From the NCBI GenBank assembly GCA_963825135.1, contig CAWGRW010000009.1, forward strand, positions 2,240,001-2,304,000: 64,000 nucleotides of DNA. Direction: 5' to 3'. A program made the position numbers and the translations under genes. Position 1 is the stretch's first letter; every line of letters begins with the position of its first letter. This document shows, piece by piece, positions 10,019 to 19,935 of the stretch. The notes under the pieces are model-generated. The model did no database searches. It was not told the origin of the DNA and saw only the letters and a program-made list of their open reading frames with translations. The stretch comes from an uncultured bacterium. Its GTDB lineage: Bacteria; Desulfobacterota_D; UBA1144; Nemesobacterales; UBA2774.

Positions 10019-10265
10019 TTTACATCTCCTTTTGCGTGCATGTCGGACAGGTCTCGCAGTTTCCTGTCTCCGCCGTTTTTGAATCGCCCCGAATCCCGCC
10101 CTGCCGCGTATGGGGAATCCGGCGTGCCTCTCCTTTATTTCGAGATTATGCTCAAGCGGCAACGTCCAGTCAATGGTTTCAGCCAATATTCAGGCGCGTC
10201 CGGAATTCCCGGCGCATTGGATATTGCCCGGGTTTGCGATATATTGATTGGAAGAGGTGGGGAAT

Positions 10266-10733
10266 ATGAAATACATTCCTTTCGCGGTGCTCTGCTTTAC
10301 CACGATCCTGGCAGGCTGCATCGAAGTAGGCGATTCGGGCTCAAGCTTTATCCACGGGGAGGTCGTGGAGAGGAGGCCGCTAACCGACGAAGAGGTCGCG
10401 ATTTGGAACGACCAGGCGCAATGCATGGAGACTGAAAGCAAATCGAGGGAAGATATCCAGGACCTGGACGCCACCGACGTCCGGATTGTCCCCGAGATTA
10501 CCATAAGAAAAGACCTGGCCTGCGGCGACATACCGCCCGACAACCTTATCGCCTGCCAGACCGAGAACGAGATAGCTATACTGGATGGACTCGACGCCGA
10601 GACGTTCGAAAGGGCTTTAAGACACGAGGAAATCCACTATATACTTTTTTTCGAGACGGGCAACAACGACAGCGGCCACAAGAGCATCTGGTTCAATATC
10701 GATGAAAGCCCCTGTCCCGCGACCGCTCAGTGA
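10266..10733 (+). CDS. Lipoprotein with HExxH zinc-binding motif (mini-zincin-like)
   Basis: Lipobox LAGC; ALRHEEIHY motif followed by a downstream His (SGH). Confidence 0.7.
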   Translation: MKYIPFAVLCFTTILAGCIEVGDSGSSFIHGEVVERRPLTDEEVAIWNDQAQCMETESKSREDIQDLDATDVRIVPEITIRKDLACGDIPPDNLIACQTENEIAILDGLDAETFERALRHEEIHYILFFETGNNDSGHKSIWFNIDESPCPATAQ

Positions 10734-10894
10734 CCGGGTATATTTCGCTGACCCGGGGTATCATTGGCGGCTCGCGCCCGGGAGTCGGCGCCCAAACGCC
10801 ACATTCTCCTTGACTGTGCCTTTCGTTGAGGTAGCTTATCAGCGGTTTCTTCCTTGCCGGTACAAAATTTCAAATAAAGGTATAAATTAAATTT

Positions 10895-11995
10895 ATGGGA
10901 CTAAAATGCGGAATCATAGGGCTTCCCAATGTAGGAAAGTCCACACTTTTTAACGCGCTCACGAACGCCGGGGCGGAGATGGGTAATTTCCCGTTTACCA
11001 CCATAGAGGACAATGTCGGCATAATACCGGTTGCCGACGAGAGGCTCTACAAGTTGGCAAACCTCGTGAAACCCCAGAAGATTACACCCAGCTACCTCGA
11101 AGTGGTCGACATCGCCGGACTCGTTAGGGGCGCTTCGGAAGGCAAGGGCAAGGGCAACGCGTTTCTCGCCAGCATCAGGGAGGTCGACCTCATACTCCAC
11201 ACCGTCCGTTGTTTCGAAGACGATAACGTCATGCACGTCGAAGGCTCGACCGACGCCATGCGGGACATACATATAATCGAGGACGAGCTTATACTGAAAG
11301 ACCTTGAGACGCTTGAGAAGCGGGAGGAGAAACTCCAGTCCCAGGCAAAGAGCGGGGATAAGAAGACTAAAGACGCCCTGGATACGGTGACCCGCCTCAG
11401 GGAATTCATAGAGAGCGGGAACAAGGTCAGGAATTTTCCTCTCGACGAGGAATCCGCCAAGGTCGTGAGGGAGATGTATCTCCTTACGAGGATACCCGTT
11501 CTCTACGTGTGTAACGTCGGCGAAGCGGATATACCCGACGCCTCGGGGAACGAAGAGGTGCAGAAAGTGAGAGAGTACGCCGGGAAAGAAGGGTCGGACG
11601 TCATAGTACTTTCCGCGAAGATCGAGGCCGAAATCGCCGAGCTCCCGTACGACGAGAAGAAGGCCTTCCTTAACGAGATGGGTCTCGAAAGCTCGGGACT
11701 CGACAGGCTGGCCAGGGTCGCATATGATAAACTTGGATTGATCACGTATTTCACGCAGGGGCCCAAGGAAGTGAGGGCATGGACTGTAAAGTCCGGCTCG
11801 AAGGCGCCTCAGGCGGCGGGGGTCATACACTCCGACTTCGAGAGGGGGTTCATCCGGGCCGAGACCGCAGGGTACGATGATTTTATAGCGGCAGGCTCCG
11901 AGGCGGCCCTTAAAGAGGCGGGGAAAATGAGGTCCGAGGGAAAGGAATACGTGGTAAAAGACGGGGACATACTCCTCTTCAGGTTCAATGTATAA
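10895..11995 (+). CDS. ychF: Redox-regulated ATPase YchF
   Basis: GLPNVGKST, DIAGLV, HSDFERGFIRAE, FRFNV end. Confidence 0.98.
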   Translation: MGLKCGIIGLPNVGKSTLFNALTNAGAEMGNFPFTTIEDNVGIIPVADERLYKLANLVKPQKITPSYLEVVDIAGLVRGASEGKGKGNAFLASIREVDLILHTVRCFEDDNVMHVEGSTDAMRDIHIIEDELILKDLETLEKREEKLQSQAKSGDKKTKDALDTVTRLREFIESGNKVRNFPLDEESAKVVREMYLLTRIPVLYVCNVGEADIPDASGNEEVQKVREYAGKEGSDVIVLSAKIEAEIAELPYDEKKAFLNEMGLESSGLDRLARVAYDKLGLITYFTQGPKEVRAWTVKSGSKAPQAAGVIHSDFERGFIRAETAGYDDFIAAGSEAALKEAGKMRSEGKEYVVKDGDILLFRFNV

Positions 11996-13091
11996 AGAGA
12001 TTATAAGGCCTCTACTCGACAGGCTCGATTCCGAAACCTTCCACAACATAGCAAGGGAATCCCTTCATCTCGCGGAATTAACCCCTCTTACGCTCAGGCT
12101 CGTCGAGCTTTTCGCCGACGGGTGCAAGAGGTTCGCAGACGAGAGGCTCCGCACATCACTGGGCGGCGTCGAATTCGAGAACCCGCTCATCGTCGGCGCG
12201 GGCTGGGATAAATCCGGGCGCGCGCTCATGGGCTTATGGCAGCTCGGTTTTGCGGGGGTCGAGGTGGGCTCCGTGCTCGAGTACAGGCAGCCCGGCAACC
12301 CGAAGCCCAGGCAGTTCATGGTCTCGCCCGGGGTCGCGATAAACTGGCTCGGGTTCAACAGCCCGGGCATGGACGTGGTTGCAAAGAATCTCGGCAGATA
12401 CGAGGGCTCGCCCGTCAGAGTCGGCATAAGCATAGGCATGAACAGGGACGTTCCCCACGACGATTCCCCCGAGGCCCACGCCGCCGTCGCTAAAAGGCTC
12501 TACGGTTACGCCGATTACTTCGCCATAAACGTAAGCTCTCCGAATACGCCCGGACTCAGGATGCTCCACGAGAAGGGGAGGAAGAGGGATATCATACGGG
12601 CTGTCAACGAGGCGATGGAAGGAGAGGGCGGGAGGAAGCCGCTATTCGTCAAGATCGCTCCGGAGCTCGGCTTTAAAGAGGTGGACGATATATTGGAAGT
12701 GGCTGTCGAGCACTCGATCACGGGGATTATCGCCGCCAATACCGCCGACGTGCCGGAGATGAAGGCGAAATACGGGGAGAAATGGAGGGGCCAGCCGGGA
12801 GGGCTCAGCGGGGACGACGAGGACTACAGAAAGATGACTACTGAAAAGGTCGCACACGTATACAGGCAGGCTGGGGATAAGCTCGAGATAATCGGGGTAG
12901 GCGGGATAAAAGATGCAGATACCGCCCTCGAGAAGATCAAGGCGGGGGCCAGGGCGCTTCAAATAGTGACCGCGATAAGGGGCGAGGGTACGGCTGTAGC
13001 CGGGAGGATAAACCGGGGCATAGTGGAATACATGGAGAGGGAAGGGGTCAGGTCGTTCGGTGAACTGGTCGGCGTCGATGCGGGGAAGTGA
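11988..13091 (+). CDS. pyrD: Quinone-dependent dihydroorotate dehydrogenase
   Basis: AGWDK, QPGNPKPR, GFNSPG, NVSSPNTPGLR, VKIAPE, GGLSG, IIGVGGI. Confidence 0.95.
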   Translation: MYKEIIRPLLDRLDSETFHNIARESLHLAELTPLTLRLVELFADGCKRFADERLRTSLGGVEFENPLIVGAGWDKSGRALMGLWQLGFAGVEVGSVLEYRQPGNPKPRQFMVSPGVAINWLGFNSPGMDVVAKNLGRYEGSPVRVGISIGMNRDVPHDDSPEAHAAVAKRLYGYADYFAINVSSPNTPGLRMLHEKGRKRDIIRAVNEAMEGEGGRKPLFVKIAPELGFKEVDDILEVAVEHSITGIIAANTADVPEMKAKYGEKWRGQPGGLSGDDEDYRKMTTEKVAHVYRQAGDKLEIIGVGGIKDADTALEKIKAGARALQIVTAIRGEGTAVAGRINRGIVEYMEREGVRSFGELVGVDAGK

Positions 13092-13108
13092 GGCGACTCA
13101 CTCCTCCC

Positions 13109-13141
13109 CATGCGAGGGAATGAAATGACCGAAGCAATCTC
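13109..13141. repeat. REP/RPE-like palindromic element (TGCGAG...GAAGCAATCTC type)
   Basis: catgcgagggaatgaaatgaccgaagcaatctc between convergent pyrD and argJ; same end motifs as the element at 22853-22976. Confidence 0.55.
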
Positions 13142-13173
13142 GCCATCTCACTGTCCGTCACACCTGGAACAAT

Positions 13174-14353
13174 CTATGTCCTGTAATGCGAGTTTATCTT
13201 TAAATAGTCGTACGTAATGTCGCTCGTGATGACGAACGAAGCCTTCTTTCCCGGTCTTGAGGTCGAGCGTGATCGAGAACTTCGGCGTCTTCATGATATC
13301 GAGAACCGCGGCTTCGTCCATCACCTGCTTCGAGTTCCTCAATACCTTATGGCTCCCTATATAGAGGTCGAGCCTGTCCGGGTTGAAATCGACCCCGGCC
13401 CTCCCGGCTGCGGCGACTATCCTCCCCCAGTTGGGGTCTTCCCCGTAAAGCGCGCTCTTGACGAGGAGAGAGGTGCCTATGGTCCTCGCCACGTTCTCGG
13501 CGTCGCTCTCTGATTTGGCGCCCTTGACGATTATCCTCACGGTCTTTGTCGCCCCCTCACCGTCCTTCACTATCATCTCTGCGACTTCCGAGGCCGCCTC
13601 CGTCACCGCCTGCTCGAATTTCCTGTAATAGGTGCCTGTGAGCCCGATCGCCGTATTCCCGAGCTTCCCGTTTGCGAGCATCAGCACCGTATCGTTGGTC
13701 GATGTATCGCCGTCCACTATTATCTTGTTAAAGGAATTATTGACGGCGTTTCTGAGCGCCTTAGTCAACGTCCGCCTTCCCACGTTGATGTCCGTGAGTA
13801 TATACGCGAGCATCGTCGCCATGTTGGGCATTATCATCCCCGCGCCCTTTCCTATGACGCATACGGTCCCGGTCCTGCCGCCTATCCCTACCTTCGTGAC
13901 GGCATATTTCGGGAATGCGTCGGTAGTCATGATCGCCTCTGCCGCGTCGAGCAGCCCTTCCTCCCGGAGCTCCGATACCAGGAGAGGCATCGCCTTATTG
14001 ATCTTGTCGACGGGGAGCGGCCCTCCTATGACTCCGGTCGAGGACGGGATGACGAGGGCTTCATCGATGCCGAGCTCTCCTGCCGCGCGCTCGGTCGTGA
14101 GCAAGGCGGTTTTCATGCCCGCCTGACCGGTGAACGCGTTGGCTACGCCGCTGTTGATTAAAACCGCCTGACATTGTCCGCTTCTGATCCTCTCCATTCC
14201 CAGGAGCACAGGGGGCGCTTTCACGATATTCTGCGTGAACATGCCCGCCGCTCTGGCGGGGTTTTCGGAGAAAATGAGGGCCAGGTCCTTTTTCCCCCTC
14301 TTTTTTATTCCGCACGATATGCCGCTACCGACAAATCCGGGGACCTTTATCAT
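13174..14353 (-). CDS. argJ: Bifunctional ornithine acetyltransferase ArgJ; +1 frameshift near 13248
   Basis: STGVIG, AIMTTD, KGAGMIMPNMATML, DGDTSTNDT, DGEGATK, DPNWGRI; canonical end TSDITYDYLKINSHYRT* is in the alternate frame (TAG at 13174). Confidence 0.95.
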
Positions 14354-15057
14354 ATCTTGAGCTCCTCAATGAATTTCGATGAATTCAATTTTTTTTCAGT
14401 ATGGTATTCGGTAAATCTGGAAAACAGCTTTATGTATTTTAGCACCTTACCGAGGTGTATTTCCATTAATTCTTTGTCCCTCAGGAAATCGCCCGAGAAT
14501 GTAGCGCCGTTCTCCGCTCCGCCCGCACATTCGGCGCACAGGGCGCCCCCTTTCCTGATGCTGAAGCGGGCCCCGGTTCCGGGCTCTCTCCCGCATTCCG
14601 CGCACGCGTCCAGACTCGGGCCGTACCCCGAAAGAGAAAGTGCCCCGAGCTGGAACCCGAGTACCAGCGGCATGGCGCTCTTCCCCGCATCGAGCTCCCT
14701 CAGCGTGTCCGCGAACAGGTTGAACAAAGCCTCGTTAGGGGCTTCTTTGGGGAGCAGTACCTCCATGGACTCTGTCATGAAGCTTCCCCACATGAAGAGC
14801 TCCAGGTCTTCCATCAGGTGCCGGAATACCTCTATTGTCTCGAGGTCCTCTACGAACTTCATATCGCCCTGCTTCTCGCGGAACCTGACCCGGAATAGAA
14901 CGAAGGGCTCGAGCCTCCCCCCGAACCTTTTTCTGCTCGATTTGGCGTTTTTTGCCAGCCCGGTTATCTTGCCGAACTCCCTCGTGAAGAGTGTTATGAT
15001 GTAGTCGGCGTCGCCGTACGGTCTCTTGCGGAGTAAAAGCGCTTCCGAGCTTTTCAT
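14350..15057 (-). CDS. recO: DNA repair protein RecO
   Basis: YGDADYIITLFTREFGKI, AKSSRKRF..LEPF, C4 zinc finger CAEC...CAEC. Confidence 0.93.
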   Translation of the reverse strand: MKSSEALLLRKRPYGDADYIITLFTREFGKITGLAKNAKSSRKRFGGRLEPFVLFRVRFREKQGDMKFVEDLETIEVFRHLMEDLELFMWGSFMTESMEVLLPKEAPNEALFNLFADTLRELDAGKSAMPLVLGFQLGALSLSGYGPSLDACAECGREPGTGARFSIRKGGALCAECAGGAENGATFSGDFLRDKELMEIHLGKVLKYIKLFSRFTEYHTEKKLNSSKFIEELKI

Positions 15058-15323
15058 TGAACTGATATTATTCCCAAAAACTGGGGAGTTGGCGAGTAAT
15101 CAGGCGATATTCCGCCTGACTTGTGTTTACGGACCGCTCTGCCGGTGCGTGCCTGCCCCGCTTCGACGATGACCGCGCGGGCGATATTCCGTCCCGGGAT
15201 ATTTTTATGATAAATTCGGCCGGGCACACTAGTGTTGCTTGTACAGTTCTTATATAATATTATCCGCCGCAATGAGACGCGCGGCATCGAGAATGATGGA
15301 ATTAGACTGTTGGGGAGTATGCT

Positions 15324-16901
15324 ATGCATAAACTGTGCTTTCGTATAAGGGAGAGGGTCCGGGCCGCCGCTTTTTCTCTTTTCATCCTGTTGTTACTATT
15401 TACAGCCCCGGGGCTTCACGAAAAATCGTTCGCTCAGGGGGTATACAGCGCCCAGGAGCAGATATATCTCAAAAACACTACCCCTTTACTGTACGAGTTC
15501 TCGCAGGCGGCGTCGGAGGTGAGCGCCTCCGTGCTTAAGCTCCAGTCGGCCCCGCCCGAGGAGTGCGCGTCCAGATTCGCCGACTACAGGGGTATAATCG
15601 GCTCACTCGGTAATCAGCTCGGAACCATTACCCCGCCGCCCCGCCTTGAGACCGTGCATGAATATTCGATGCAGGCCCTGACCGGTTATTTGTCCGGGCT
15701 GGAGCTTTATTTCAAAGCCTGCACTGAAGAGGATTACGGTGTTAAGGAGAGCATGGTGAGGCAGGGAGGGGTGTATCTGAATAAATCTGTCGGTGCGGTG
15801 GGAAAAGCCTACGAAGAGATCGAAAATCTCAAAGCGGCCGGGCCTGCGGTCGTTAAGAAAGAAGCCAATGAAGAAATCACCGAGGGCGATATCACGGACG
15901 CGGGATTGGCGAAAGAGAAGCCCGATGTCGGGAATATGAAAGAAGAATCGGCAAATACCGCCGATTCGGTACCGCCGGCCCCGGAAGTGAAGACCAAAGC
16001 TCAGGTTCTCGAGGAAATTTCCAGGAAGGTGCAGGCCGATATGGAGGCTCAGGAGGCTGCTGAGTCCGAGGCTCCCGCGCGGGATAACGCCGTACGCAAG
16101 GAGCCGCCGGCCGCCGCGCCCAGGGAGGAAGTATCCGCGCCTGAGCCGCCCAAGAAGAAAGCCGTGGTAAAAACCCCGGAGAAGAAGGAGATTGCCGAAT
16201 CACCTGAGGCCGTCCCTCCCCCTCCCCCGTCGGAGACGCCCGGGGTGAAGCCCGAAGAAGCGCCGTCTGTTGAAACCGCCGAGAAAGCGGAGGAAAGCGC
16301 TCAGGCCCCGGCGGAGGTAAAAACAGATAAGGCGGGTGCGGCGAATGAGGCAGAATCGTCAGGTAAGGATAAGATAGAGAAGCTCAACCAGAAGATAATG
16401 GAGCAAACCAACTCTGCTCAGCCGAAAGAGAATGCTGCGGAAGCGGGCCCGGGGGAATCCGAAACCCCTCAGGCTACGGTCCCGGATGAAGGAAAAGGGA
16501 CTGAGACGCCTCCCGGGACAGCGGCGGCCGGGAATGCCGGGGCGGAGAACCCTGCGCCGGCTCCGGAAAATAAAGAGCTTGCCGCGGCGCCACCGGGCGG
16601 CGTGTCTGAAGAGCTCAAGGAAGAAGAAGTGCCTGTGGACGATGTGAAATCATGGTGTCAGGAACGGTATCAGGATCCCTCCGAACGGGAGGCATGCATG
16701 GAGGAGAGGGCGGCGGCGAAGGATAAAATCGACAAGCTGAGCGGCGCGTACTCCGGAGGGACCAAAGAAAGAGAGGTTCTGGACAAATGCATGACCGACT
16801 GGAAAGAAGGGAGCACGTACAACTACCAGATGGTGATTTCGTGCACCCAGTTTTACTGCAAGCAGGGCGGCATCGAGGACTGCAAGAATTTGAGTAAGTA
16901 A
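15324..16901 (+). CDS. Secreted hypothetical protein with long E/A/P/K-rich linker (paralog of 8472-9251)
   Basis: Signal peptide; N- and C-terminal Cys-containing domains separated by ~270 aa of low complexity. Confidence 0.8.
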   Translation: MHKLCFRIRERVRAAAFSLFILLLLFTAPGLHEKSFAQGVYSAQEQIYLKNTTPLLYEFSQAASEVSASVLKLQSAPPEECASRFADYRGIIGSLGNQLGTITPPPRLETVHEYSMQALTGYLSGLELYFKACTEEDYGVKESMVRQGGVYLNKSVGAVGKAYEEIENLKAAGPAVVKKEANEEITEGDITDAGLAKEKPDVGNMKEESANTADSVPPAPEVKTKAQVLEEISRKVQADMEAQEAAESEAPARDNAVRKEPPAAAPREEVSAPEPPKKKAVVKTPEKKEIAESPEAVPPPPPSETPGVKPEEAPSVETAEKAEESAQAPAEVKTDKAGAANEAESSGKDKIEKLNQKIMEQTNSAQPKENAAEAGPGESETPQATVPDEGKGTETPPGTAAAGNAGAENPAPAPENKELAAAPPGGVSEELKEEEVPVDDVKSWCQERYQDPSEREACMEERAAAKDKIDKLSGAYSGGTKEREVLDKCMTDWKEGSTYNYQMVISCTQFYCKQGGIEDCKNLSK

Positions 16902-16961
16902 GTGGCGCGCGGGGCGCCGTCTGGTCGATCTGGACGTACCTGAATCTTTATAAGGAATTAC

Positions 16962-18314
16962 CTAGAGAATCAGCATCGCGATTAAAAGGTAAAAGGTCGA
17001 GCCGAAAATGTCGTTAAACATGGTCAGAAAGGGCCCCGACGCGCCGGCGGGATCGAAATTCAGCTTGTAGAGTATCAGAGGTTCCGTCACGCCGATGACC
17101 GACGTCGCGAAAGTGGCTGAAACCATGGATATAAAGATAATGATTGCGAGCCTGAATGCCTCAGGTTGAGCATGGCTTATAAGTCCTCCTATTATGGCGG
17201 CTATGAGCCCGCAGATCGTGCCTAAAAAAAGTCCTACCTTTACCTCTGAAATAATTATTTTTACTATCTGTTTCACGTTGATGGTACGCATGCCGAGGCC
17301 CCTCACGATGATGGTGGTCGTCTGAAGCCCCACATTCCCGCCCACCGCCATGATGGCGGGCATGAAAGCCGCGAGTATGGCCAGTTTTTCAAGCGCGGGT
17401 TTCAATGAGGACACGATAATAAACGCGATAAAGAGCTCTCCGCAGAGGGTCAGGAGAAGCCAGGGCATCCTGAGTCTGATCTGGCTCCGGATCGGCGTAA
17501 ATATAGGGTGCAGGGTCTCACCCACGCCCGCCATCTGCAGGATGTCCTCGGAAGCTTCCTCGGTTACGACGTCCATTATGTCGTCAGCCGTTATCCTGCC
17601 CAGGAGCACTCCTTTCCTGTCAATAACCGGGAGCGACAGTATGCCGTATTTCTGGAAGATCTTGGCGACTTCCTCCTGGTCCATATAAGGGGTCGCCATG
17701 TGCTCTACTGGCTCCATGATATCCGAAACCCTGGAGCCGGGGGTCGCGAGAACGAGCCTGCTGAGGGACATCTGCCCGAGGAGCTTGTCGCTCTCATCGG
17801 TTACATAGATGAGATAAAAGTCATGGATTTCGTCGGCTATGAGCCGTATCCAGTTGATCGTATCCCGCACCGTGAACTTTTCGACGACCTTCACGAGCTC
17901 CGTCTGCATTATGCCGCCCGCCGAGTCGTCCGGGTATTTCAGGAGCGGCTCTAGGTCCCGCAGATCCTCGGGGTCCATTTTGGCCATAACGTCGCTCGCG
18001 GTTTGATCGGAAAGCTCCCCGATCAGGTCGGCGGCGTCGTCTGACTCCATCTCTTCGACGATATCCGCAATCGTCTCTGCGTCGAGCTCGCCGAGAATTT
18101 CTTCCCTCTGCACGGGTTCGAGCTCGAGGATTACTTCCGAGGCGGTGTCGGTGTCGAGGATTTCGAGGACCCTTTGGTACTCTTCCGGGTCTAAAGCCTG
18201 GAGTATGTCGGCGATCTCCGAAGGATGGATTCCTGCCAGGAGTTCTTTGATCCCCTGGAGATTTCCCTCCTCCAAGCTGCTGGATATTTGTTCGGCGAGT
18301 TCGGGTCTCGGCAT
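16962..18314 (-). CDS. mgtE: Magnesium transporter MgtE
   Basis: HPSEIAD, MESDDAAD, SAGGIMQTE CBS pair, RMPWL, GGNVGLQ, DPAGASGPFLTMFND; start at MPRPEL. Confidence 0.95.
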   Translation of the reverse strand: MPRPELAEQISSSLEEGNLQGIKELLAGIHPSEIADILQALDPEEYQRVLEILDTDTASEVILELEPVQREEILGELDAETIADIVEEMESDDAADLIGELSDQTASDVMAKMDPEDLRDLEPLLKYPDDSAGGIMQTELVKVVEKFTVRDTINWIRLIADEIHDFYLIYVTDESDKLLGQMSLSRLVLATPGSRVSDIMEPVEHMATPYMDQEEVAKIFQKYGILSLPVIDRKGVLLGRITADDIMDVVTEEASEDILQMAGVGETLHPIFTPIRSQIRLRMPWLLLTLCGELFIAFIIVSSLKPALEKLAILAAFMPAIMAVGGNVGLQTTTIIVRGLGMRTINVKQIVKIIISEVKVGLFLGTICGLIAAIIGGLISHAQPEAFRLAIIIFISMVSATFATSVIGVTEPLILYKLNFDPAGASGPFLTMFNDIFGSTFYLLIAMLIL

Positions 18315-18414
18315 GATTTTCTCCGCCCCGGTGGAATAGATGGTAATTGTATAGAAGAGAGGGTAAAAGTAAAGTAGAATGAATGCCTTACCGGGAGAAA
18401 TGTTAAGGCATCCT

Positions 18415-19257
18415 ATGGGCAGCGTAAAAAATTTCACGAATTTTATAAAATTCGAGCACACGCTATTTTCGCTCCCGCTTATTTTTGCGGGGGCATTCCT
18501 CGCGTGGGGCGGGATGCCCGAGACTCGCCTGCTCCTCCTGATTGTGCTCGCCGGAGTCGGGGCCAGGACCGCGGCTCTCGCGATAAACAGGATAATAGAC
18601 AGGCGTATAGACGCCCTTAACCCGAGGACTCGCGACAGGGAGCTCCCGTCCGGCAGGATGGGCCTTCCATACGCGCTCGGTATCACTCTGGCGGGGATGA
18701 TGCTGTACTTCGTCTCTGCTTATCTCATATGCGATCTCGTCTTTCGGCTCTCCCCGGTCCCTATAATAGTTTTCATCCTATACCCCCTGATGAAGCGCTT
18801 TACCCCCCTCTGCCATTTCGGAGTCGGGCTCGGCCTCGCCCTGGCCCCGCTCGGAGGATGGGTCGCGGTCACCTGCTCATTATCGGGAATTATCCCTGCG
18901 GTCGTTCTTTCTCTCTTCACTTTTTTCTGGGTGTCGGGTTTCGACATCATCTACGCCACTCTCGATGAGGAATCCGACAAGGGGACCGGCATACGGTCCA
19001 TAATCTCTGTCTACGGTAAAGAGACCGGACTATATATCGCCGGGTTACTCCACTACGCGGCTTTTTTCTGCATTGCGTTCATCTATTTCTTTATGTTCAA
19101 TACGATAATTGCGGCCGTCATTCTCGCCGCTATCGGTTTTCTCCTTTACCTGGAACACAAAAAGTCGGAAGACGTCGACCTGGCTTTCTTCAGGATCAAC
19201 ATTGTGGTGGGCTTCGCCGTCTTCCTTTTTGTCCTCGCTGGGATATACTTACCCTAG
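18415..19257 (+). CDS. ubiA: UbiA-family polyprenyltransferase (MqnP-like)
   Basis: IKFEHTLFSLP, NRIIDRRIDALNPRT.DRELPSG, GFDIIYA; clustered with ubiX, ubiD-like and mqnE. Confidence 0.9.
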   Translation: MGSVKNFTNFIKFEHTLFSLPLIFAGAFLAWGGMPETRLLLLIVLAGVGARTAALAINRIIDRRIDALNPRTRDRELPSGRMGLPYALGITLAGMMLYFVSAYLICDLVFRLSPVPIIVFILYPLMKRFTPLCHFGVGLGLALAPLGGWVAVTCSLSGIIPAVVLSLFTFFWVSGFDIIYATLDEESDKGTGIRSIISVYGKETGLYIAGLLHYAAFFCIAFIYFFMFNTIIAAVILAAIGFLLYLEHKKSEDVDLAFFRINIVVGFAVFLFVLAGIYLP

Positions 19258-19259
19258 AA

Positions 19260-19811
19260 ATGCGTACGATAGTCGGATTTACCGGTGCGTCCGGGGCGGC
19301 CTACGGCGTGGACTTCCTGAGGAGGTGCCCCGATGACAAGTTCCTTGTGGCGAGCAAGTGGGGCAAGAGGGTGCTCCATGAGGAGCTCGGACTCAAGGTG
19401 GAGGAGTTAAGGCCCTGGGTTAGCGATATTTACAGCGATTCCGACCTCGCGGCCCCGTTTTCATCCGGCAGCAACCATTTCGATTCGCTGGTCATCATCC
19501 CCTGTTCTATTTCCACCCTGGCCAAGATAGCGAACGGCATAGCCGACACGCTCATAACAAGGATAGCCCAGGTGGCGCTCAAGGAGAGAAGGAGGCTCGT
19601 CATAGCCCTCAGGGAGACGCCTCTAAGCTCGATTGCGCTTGAGAACGCGCTCAAGCTCTCGAGGGAAGGGGTGATTATAATGCCTATTAGCCCCCCGCAT
19701 TATTTAAAAGCGGGCACTGTGAACGACCTGATTGGGGCCTATGTCGACAAGGTGCTGAATATAATCGGCGTCGGGACCGGGAACGGCTGGAAGCACGACG
19801 AGCTCGATTAG
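19260..19811 (+). CDS. ubiX: Flavin prenyltransferase UbiX
   Basis: TGASGA, SSGS, PCSISTLAKIANG, LKERR, RETPL. Confidence 0.95.
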   Translation: MRTIVGFTGASGAAYGVDFLRRCPDDKFLVASKWGKRVLHEELGLKVEELRPWVSDIYSDSDLAAPFSSGSNHFDSLVIIPCSISTLAKIANGIADTLITRIAQVALKERRRLVIALRETPLSSIALENALKLSREGVIIMPISPPHYLKAGTVNDLIGAYVDKVLNIIGVGTGNGWKHDELD

Positions 19812-19887
19812 GCCCGATTACCGCTCAGGGTATATTCCCGGGGACAAAAATCTCGCGATAAACCTCATTGATAACGTTAACTTTGCC

Positions 19888-19917
19888 TTGATATAGTCTG
19901 TCTTCAAAACATATAAT
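19888..19917 (+). promoter_or_regulatory. Putative sigma70 promoter of the ubiD-like/mqnE genes
   Basis: TTGATA-18 bp-TATAAT, ending 18 nt before ATG 19936. Confidence 0.5.
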
Positions 19918-19935
19918 GGATTTTGGTTTGATGAA

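Noticed and set aside
13148..13250. Novel C-terminal extension of ArgJ
   Set aside because: The canonical C-terminus lies intact in the adjacent frame, so a one-base insertion explains it.
16962..18686. Long N-terminal extension of MgtE overlapping ubiA
   Set aside because: Artefact of choosing the longest start; homology begins near 18314. The same applies to mepA (36830), mqnE (21513) and trmB (60566).
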